Positions 58,113 to 64,000 of a DNA stretch of 64,000 nucleotides are shown here, one piece after another. The position numbers and the translations under genes were made by a program. Origin of the DNA: Trichodelitschia bisporula (lineage: Eukaryota). The first letter of the stretch is position 1, and every line of letters starts with the position of its first letter. Where the stretch lies: the NCBI GenBank assembly GCA_010356995.1, contig ML996690.1, positions 1,086,217 to 1,150,216 of the forward strand. The letters run 5' to 3'. The notes under the pieces were generated by a model, which saw only the letters and a list, made by a program, of their open reading frames with translations, searched no databases and was not told the DNA's origin.

Positions 58113-59243
58113 TTACAGTATTCCGGCTGCCAAATCCATTTTGAGTCTCCATCTCTTTCGCCATTCCTTGGTTCTTGACGTCGGCTTCACGGCCTCGAGG
58201 CCCGCATCATCTCGTGCCACCTGTGGCAAGCATTCTTCCTGTACGTGCTCCGGCAAGCACTGTTCCTGATCCGTAGGCACAACTTCGGGGGCATTGATTC
58301 CCGTCGGTGAATGTTCGCCCTGATCCTCAGCCGCGCCCACAGCAGCATCGCCGCGCGTCGGTGGGCGTTCCACCTGATTCTCCGTCGCGCCCACAGGGGC
58401 GTCCACGCCCGCGGGTGCATACGGAGTCGGAATGATGAAATTAGGCACTGAAGCGGGCAGTTCTGCGAAGTTTTCGAGTCCCCAGTCGGCTGGTAGCTGT
58501 TCTCTGGAAAGGTTGTAATCCGTCGGCAACTCGAAGCAATCCGATCTGGTGGCATCTGTCGTTCCGGTGTGGTTGGCGGTGATCGGGCATGGGATTTCGT
58601 GGGCCTGGGCTTCAATTGAATCCTTTGGGTAGACCGGGCCCGGTACGTCCCGCATGAAAGTCGAGTACGCTGGTATCAACGTTAGCATGTCCTTTGCTCT
58701 GAACTCGATGCATGTACTTGATCTCTGAGTGTCGACCGAACGCCGACGTGCCCGCCGCTTACTCTGCCTCTTCTTATACGGACTCAGATAGTCCTCATAC
58801 ACACTCCCCTCATCATCCAGTACCACATCCCTCGCTATCATCGCAAGGCTACTAATACCCTGCAACAAACTCTTATGACAAGTATCCAGCTCGAACTGGC
58901 GCGTCACAAGCTTCGTCTGGTTGCGCAACATGTACTCGAGCCGGTGCCGCGGCTCCGCCGGTACGCTCTTCTCCGTAGTAAGCAGGAAAGTCCCGATACT
59001 AGCCAGTGCCTCGTTGACGCTGTATATCATGCCCTCGATGTACTGCTCGTGCGCGGTGTCAGTTTGGAAGTGCGCCTGCACGCCCGGCTTGTCCCTCAGG
59101 CGGAGCGCTTCGTTCAGATCTGCTTCCACGCGGTTTATGAGCCGGCAGAAGACTTGCGTTTCGATGCCTAGGTCGCGCGCGTGGGCGGCTGCGTCGACCA
59201 TTTTGTAGACCGTGTTTATGGCTGTTGCTGTTGTGCCGTTCAT
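58113..59243 (-). CDS. Hypothetical protein: N-terminal helical bundle (about 135 aa) plus acidic disordered tail. Probable intron 58717-58670
   Basis: 376-codon ORF with amphipathic helices …RLINRVEADLNEALRL…HRLEYMLRNQTKLVTRQFELDTCHKSLLQGISSL. GTACAT…GCTAAC…CAG intron in frame. Confidence 0.72.
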   Translation of the reverse strand: MNGTTATAINTVYKMVDAAAHARDLGIETQVFCRLINRVEADLNEALRLRDKPGVQAHFQTDTAHEQYIEGMIYSVNEALASIGTFLLTTEKSVPAEPRHRLEYMLRNQTKLVTRQFELDTCHKSLLQGISSLAMIARDVVLDDEGSVYEDYLSPYKKRQSKRRARRRSVDTQRSSTCIEFRAKDMLTLIPAYSTFMRDVPGPVYPKDSIEAQAHEIPCPITANHTGTTDATRSDCFELPTDYNLSREQLPADWGLENFAELPASVPNFIIPTPYAPAGVDAPVGATENQVERPPTRGDAAVGAAEDQGEHSPTGINAPEVVPTDQEQCLPEHVQEECLPQVARDDAGLEAVKPTSRTKEWRKRWRLKMDLAAGIL

Positions 59244-60072
59244 CGTGTCGTGGATGTGGGATGCGGGGACGGGGGCATGGTTTGCGGTGGTGATGGAGGA
59301 GTAGGAGGAGTTGGAGGAGTAAACGCTGACCCCTCACGGAATGAGGAAACCAAGGACATGGCACTGATGAATGGCACGACCCATGACCCGCCGGCCCGCA
59401 GAGGCGCGCTGGACTGGGGAACGGATAAGACACTGCCTGGGGGGCGGGGTGAGGCCTGTGTCACAGCCTTCACCACACTCCTCTCCGCACGAGGATATTG
59501 GTTGGACGCAGGAGCCAAGGCTCCGGAGTTAATACTGAATATCTTTGCCTTTCTTAGAGTAGGTAGTGAATCCTTCGCGGGAAGCGGGGACCCTGATACG
59601 CTGGATGGCAAAGGCTCTTGTTTCAACTTCATCCCCGTTGTGTGGGGGCTCACGGCGCAAGGCAAGGGCGAGCCGAGATGCAAAGTATGCTACTTCATAT
59701 AATCGCATTCTGGAGCTTGCATGGCTCGTGTGGGGGCATAGGTCCTCGGAAATAATTCACTCATCCGCTTTTCACTTCAAACTGGCAAGCACTATGCTCG
59801 CGAGGACGATCGGCGTTGGCCATCAAAGGACTTCTGATTGGTCAGGAAATGCTCAGCCTCGTTGTGAGGCGATGCTCGTGTGCTTCGGACGCTAACACCA
59901 ACGCCTATAATTGCAAGCCCATACCGTACCGCACGGTCATCAAATATGCTTCCCGCCGCTAGTCTTGCATTAGGTTCCAGAATACTGGTCGAAAAGCTAG
60001 GCGGGAAATCCCATAAAGAACCGATTGATCATAAGCCACCACGTCCATCAACCGTGAACAATGGTCTCAACC

Positions 60073-61426
60073 TCATCCCGTATACTTCACCACATCTCTA
60101 TCGGCAAATACCACTGGATGCGAGAGCGGCACACCATTATCATCAGTCAACTTCGACAGCCCGGGGAACGCAACAAAATCATCCCCCGCACCCTGTCCCT
60201 TCCAATCGAGCGAGAAGAGACCCGGCTGGGAGAAGAGCAAGAAGCCAAACCTCGCCCCGCGCTTAATTATCTCAGTCAAATTGGTGACGCGCTCTGGATC
60301 CGCCGGATCCCGCGCATACGCCTTCAGAACCAGATCGGCAACGGATACCGCGCGCTGAATGTTTTCGTCGCGCGGATCGTGCTCGGAGATGTGGTCAAAA
60401 GCTGTTCCGGAGAGTAGTGCCGTGAGCTGCCGCCAACGGCTGTAGAAGGTATATTGCGCTACATCATCGTCAGTATTGTGCAGAGAAGCGGGGAGATTTC
60501 GACATACAGCTGTTGTTGGCCTTTACCGGAACAAGTGCTTTACTGAGGCTCGCAAGCGCAGGCGGCAGGAGCGTCTTATCAACCTCCGAACCAAGCTGCG
60601 CCCTAGACAAAATAGTCCACGCCAGGAAAAAGCGCAACGCAGGCACACGAAACTTCGGCTCTCCAAGCCAGCCCGCCAACGTCTCCGCCGGAATCGGTGT
60701 ATTCGGTCCAAGCGCTGCAGCAAGTTTCCGAGCTGAAATATCGCCTACGCCGGTGTCGGGGCGGTAGTAGCTCTGGACGTGGCTATCGATCTTAGTCCGT
60801 AGCTTCGAGAGATCGCTGATGATGGCGCGGTCCTCTGCTGGCTGCGGCAGGCTGTAGTCCGTGACCATGGCGCCCTTTTCCACCGCGATGTAGTCCGAAG
60901 AGTGGTTGCCGTGGGCGGCGCCTCCGAGGGCCGGGCCCTCGCGCCATTTCTTTCCGCGCCGGCTTTTGGCGAAGAGCAGGAAGAGGAGCGCAGCTAGGGC
61001 GATGCCGGCGATGAAGCAGCCGATGGCGATTCCGGCTGCTGGGCCTGAGGAGAGGTGCTTTTGTGCCGGCACGAGCGAGGTGGAAGTGTTATTGTTAGCG
61101 TTGTTTGCAGGCGGATTGCCCGCGGGAGGGTGTGATTGAGTGTCTGGCGACGAAAAGTTGCCGCCGGGAGTGGAACTTGTATTCAGGGCATTTGTCGACG
61201 AATTTCCAGACTCTAGAGGTATGGTTTCTGGATTTGTACCCGTAGTAGGGTTTGCCACTGAAGTTGAAGTCGCAGAGCTTCCTGATCCCTGTTGGCCAGC
61301 AGATGTGGAAGTAGTTGTGGAAGTAGTTGTTGGAGTAGTTGTGGGAGTAGTTGTAGAAGTAGTTGTGGGAGTAGTTGCTTGTCCCGGTTGATTCACAGCT
61401 CCTGCTTGAAGATTCTGAGCCACCAT
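60073..61426 (-). CDS. Single-pass membrane protein: Thr/Ser-rich N-terminal region, TM helix, about 250-aa cytosolic domain. Intron 60507-60459
   Basis: TM AAGIAIGCFIAGIALAALLFLLF followed by KSRRGKK. Splicing GTATGT…CTGAC…TAG joins the 318-aa ORF in frame to …SRWRQLTA…LTEIIKRGARFGFLLFSQP…VAFPGLSKLTDDNG…. Confidence 0.85.
61306..61378. repeat. 12-bp coding tandem repeat (TTPT/TTST), about 6 copies
   Basis: Iterations of g(g/a)agtagttgtn on the + strand. Confidence 0.8.
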
Positions 61427-62344
61427 ATTGTATTCCGCAAAGTCAGAAGTAAAAAGTCCCCAAAAACCCGGGGTGAAGACGAAAGAAAAAGGGTTCCAAC
61501 ATCAGGCTGGGGGGGGCCGTGAAACACCCACAACTTAACACTCGAGCCCGTGGGGAGCCGCTTTGTTAGCCCGTTGCTTTTTACCACAGCCTGACTGACT
61601 TCCGTGCCCCCGCACTCACGGTTCACCACAGGCTCCTTCCCCAAGAATGAACGGCCTCAAGCCATGCGCCCACTGGACAAATGTGGTGGCACGGGCAAGG
61701 CTTTGCATGGGGCGGCTTTGGTGACCTGCCCTAATTGGCTTACACGCGAGGCACTGCCCGATGATCCTAGACAAGGCTGAGCGGGGGGGCGCTCACGTCG
61801 GAGTCCGGGCTTATACACGAACATTGATAATTCCCCATGCAGTGCTGGATTTTTCAGCTGGATGCTCAAGCAAGTCCAGATGCGATGCTGAGGTCGGGGT
61901 AGTAAGGCTGCACTCAGAGAACACGTTGACCATTATGTGGGTGAAGATATGGATGCGCGATCGGCCGTGGAGGATTGGCTGAATACGAGCTTGGCCATGC
62001 AAAGCAGGGATGAGGCTGAAGCGTCGCAGGTATTGCAGGAGCGCTGGGCAAAGACCACACAAAGATAGCTCCAGCCATCCTGTTGATTGGGCGCGTCGCG
62101 TGTGTCGATCGGTAATGACACCCTGATGGCTTCCATTACTCCGCATTTCTCTTGTTGAGCTTCAAACTCACCTTTGTACATCCGTACTGTGGACCTCGCC
62201 GCCAGCCTTCTGCCTACCCCCTCGTCCAAACTATCAGCTCACATGGTGGTCGTGGGCGGCGATTAAGTTGAATCATTCTGCGGGCCTTGGAGCAGCTCTT
62301 TACAGCTTGGCACCGACCACAGGCCTTTGCGACAGTAAGCCAGC

Positions 62345-64000
62345 ATGAACGAAAAGCCAAAGGAAGCCGTGAAGGCAGACCTCATCGTCGCCATTGACTA
62401 TGGCATGACCTGTCCGTCCCCCAACCCCAATCCCAAACCCTCGCTGAACGCCTGCAGGCACAGGAGTCGCCTACGTCAACCGCACCCGAAGCGACAACAT
62501 CCGGCACCTCCAACGCTGGCCCGGCCGCGCCCAAGCCAACGAGAACAAAGTCCCAACAGTCCTAGTATACAACAAAACCGCCGACCAAATGATAAACTGG
62601 GGCTTCACCTCCGAAGCCAAGCACTCAGAGCAAAACAACCCCAACGAGCTGTACTGCGACTGGTTCAAGACCTTCCTCGACCCGGCCGTATTGCGCGCCG
62701 CGCAAGCCCGCGACCCGGCGAACATACCCTCACAGGCGGATGTCGATCGCTGGACGCAGGACTACCTCCAGGCCCTCTACCAGCATGTCAAGTTCAAGCT
62801 CAGCGCCGAGATGCCGGCGCATAAGCCGTGGTCGAGCGCGAAGGTCGAGTTCATTTTCAGCGTGCCGACGACGTGGTCGCCCCACCCGACGGTCGAGAAG
62901 TTCCGCACCATTGCGACGCGGGCTGGGTTTGGCGAGTCACCGCTACATGCGGTGAAAGTGAGCTTGACGGAGGCGGAAGCCGCGGCTGTGTATACGTCCG
63001 TTGAGGCGCCTGGGCTTTTTTCTGCGGACGAAGTCGTACTTGTGTGCGATGCTGGCGGGGGCACGACGGATTTGACAATCATGCGGATTCAGAGCGTCGT
63101 AAATCAGCTGCTGTCGTTGAAGCAGCTGGATGTCGTGACGGGAAAGAATATCGGATCCGTCCGTATCGATGAGGCGTTTGAGGATCTCGTCCTTGCCCGC
63201 CTAGAAGCAGCCAATGAAGCCCAGAGCATAGGGCTGGACCTAGATATGGCGGCCTGGCAGATGATGAAGTCAGCGCAGTACCAGGACGCCAAATGCGACT
63301 TTGGCTCGCCAGACGATACAAACTTCTTCGTGCCCATCCAAGGCATCTCCACGGAACACACGAGCCCCCAATTCGGGATCCAGAACGGAAACATGTGCAT
63401 CTCGCTTTACGATCTGCAGACCTTATTCGACAAGCAAATCGAGCGACTCGTCACCCTCATCGACCAGCAGCTAGAAAACTTCCAGAAAAAATACTCGGCC
63501 GACAAAATCGCCCACCTCGTGCTTTCGGGCGGCCTAGGGAACTCGCCGTACGTCCAGAGCCTGCTTAAGGCGCGGTATGCCTTTGGGGCGAGTAAGTTTA
63601 CATGCGCGCAGAACGTCCAGGTCCACGTGGCGCCGGAACCGCAGCTTGCCGTGTGCAAAGGCCTGATTTCGCATCGGATGCGGGAGGTCATTGGAGATCC
63701 GGTTATCAAGCAGCTTTGCTGCCGCGCCTCGTACGGCACAGTCTGCAGGATTCTTTATGACAAGAGGAATCCGACCCATCAAGGTCTGAAGACTTGGAGA
63801 GATCCTCTGAACGGCAAAGAATATGTTGCGCAGGCTATAGCTTGGTTTATTAGGAAGGTATGCTTCCAGTTCGTTGACGTCCGTTGAGTATGGAGCTCAG
63901 AGTGAACAGGGACAACCGGTGGATGTGAAGAAGCCCATCGTACATTTATTCAACCGCAAACTGACACCGGGCGATCCGCGGCGAGCATTCCCGACGAGTG
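62345..64000 (+). CDS. Atypical Hsp70-family ATPase (HSPA12-like, fungal type), truncated by the window end. Introns 62412-62457 and 63858-63909
   Basis: After splicing: IVAIDYGMTCTGVAY (phosphate 1), RWPG…NKVPT, WFKTFLD, FSVPTTW, TEAEAAA, VCDAGGGTTDL (phosphate 2), LSGGLGNSPY, AVCKGL. Confidence 0.92.

Noticed and set aside
28948..58717. Several stop-free 3n introns (28948-28989, 41135-41188, 44983-45027, 58717-58670) suggesting regulated retention
   Set aside because: With roughly 30 introns of about 50 nt, a handful of in-frame stop-free ones is expected by chance.
61393..61869. Upstream signal-peptide exon for the single-pass membrane protein
   Set aside because: All candidate frames are closed by stops or lack a hydrophobic leader. 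The ATG at 61426 has good context.

Overview
This is eukaryotic DNA from a filamentous ascomycete (Pezizomycotina-type). It is gene-dense, with short (mostly 42-60 nt) GT-AG introns carrying CTAAC/CTGAC branch sites. About 27 protein-coding genes can be reconstructed. The conserved core comprises TAF6, an AIF/AMID-type oxidoreductase, a long coiled-coil (SnaD-like) protein, a DJ-1/PfpI protein, HID1, a PhoD phosphatase, TLG1, a HapX-type bZIP, QTRT2, SLX1, a KDM5/JARID1 demethylase, COG2, NPY1, UGO1, YAH1, PRP9 and FAL1/eIF4AIII. Both ends of the window (1-10.4 kb and 57.7-64 kb) look more accessory. Four observations stand out: (i) a head-to-head pair of an atypical HSPA12-type Hsp70 and a single-pass membrane protein whose cytosolic domain may be GrpE/MIEAP-like, beside a helical-bundle orphan; (ii) a 159-nt, 75-bp-stem, G:U-biased hairpin downstream of FAL1 that resembles a microRNA-like precursor; (iii) a hypothetical protein with the ABBA-KEN-D-box layout of the APC/C inhibitor Acm1; (iv) a hypothetical protein with aftiphilin/Laa2-like motifs. 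There is also a tandem pair of Cys-rich microprotein ORFs. No tRNA, rRNA, snRNA, transposase or CRISPR was recognised. Family calls come from motif recognition by eye, not database searches. Coordinates of spliced genes span start to stop codon.
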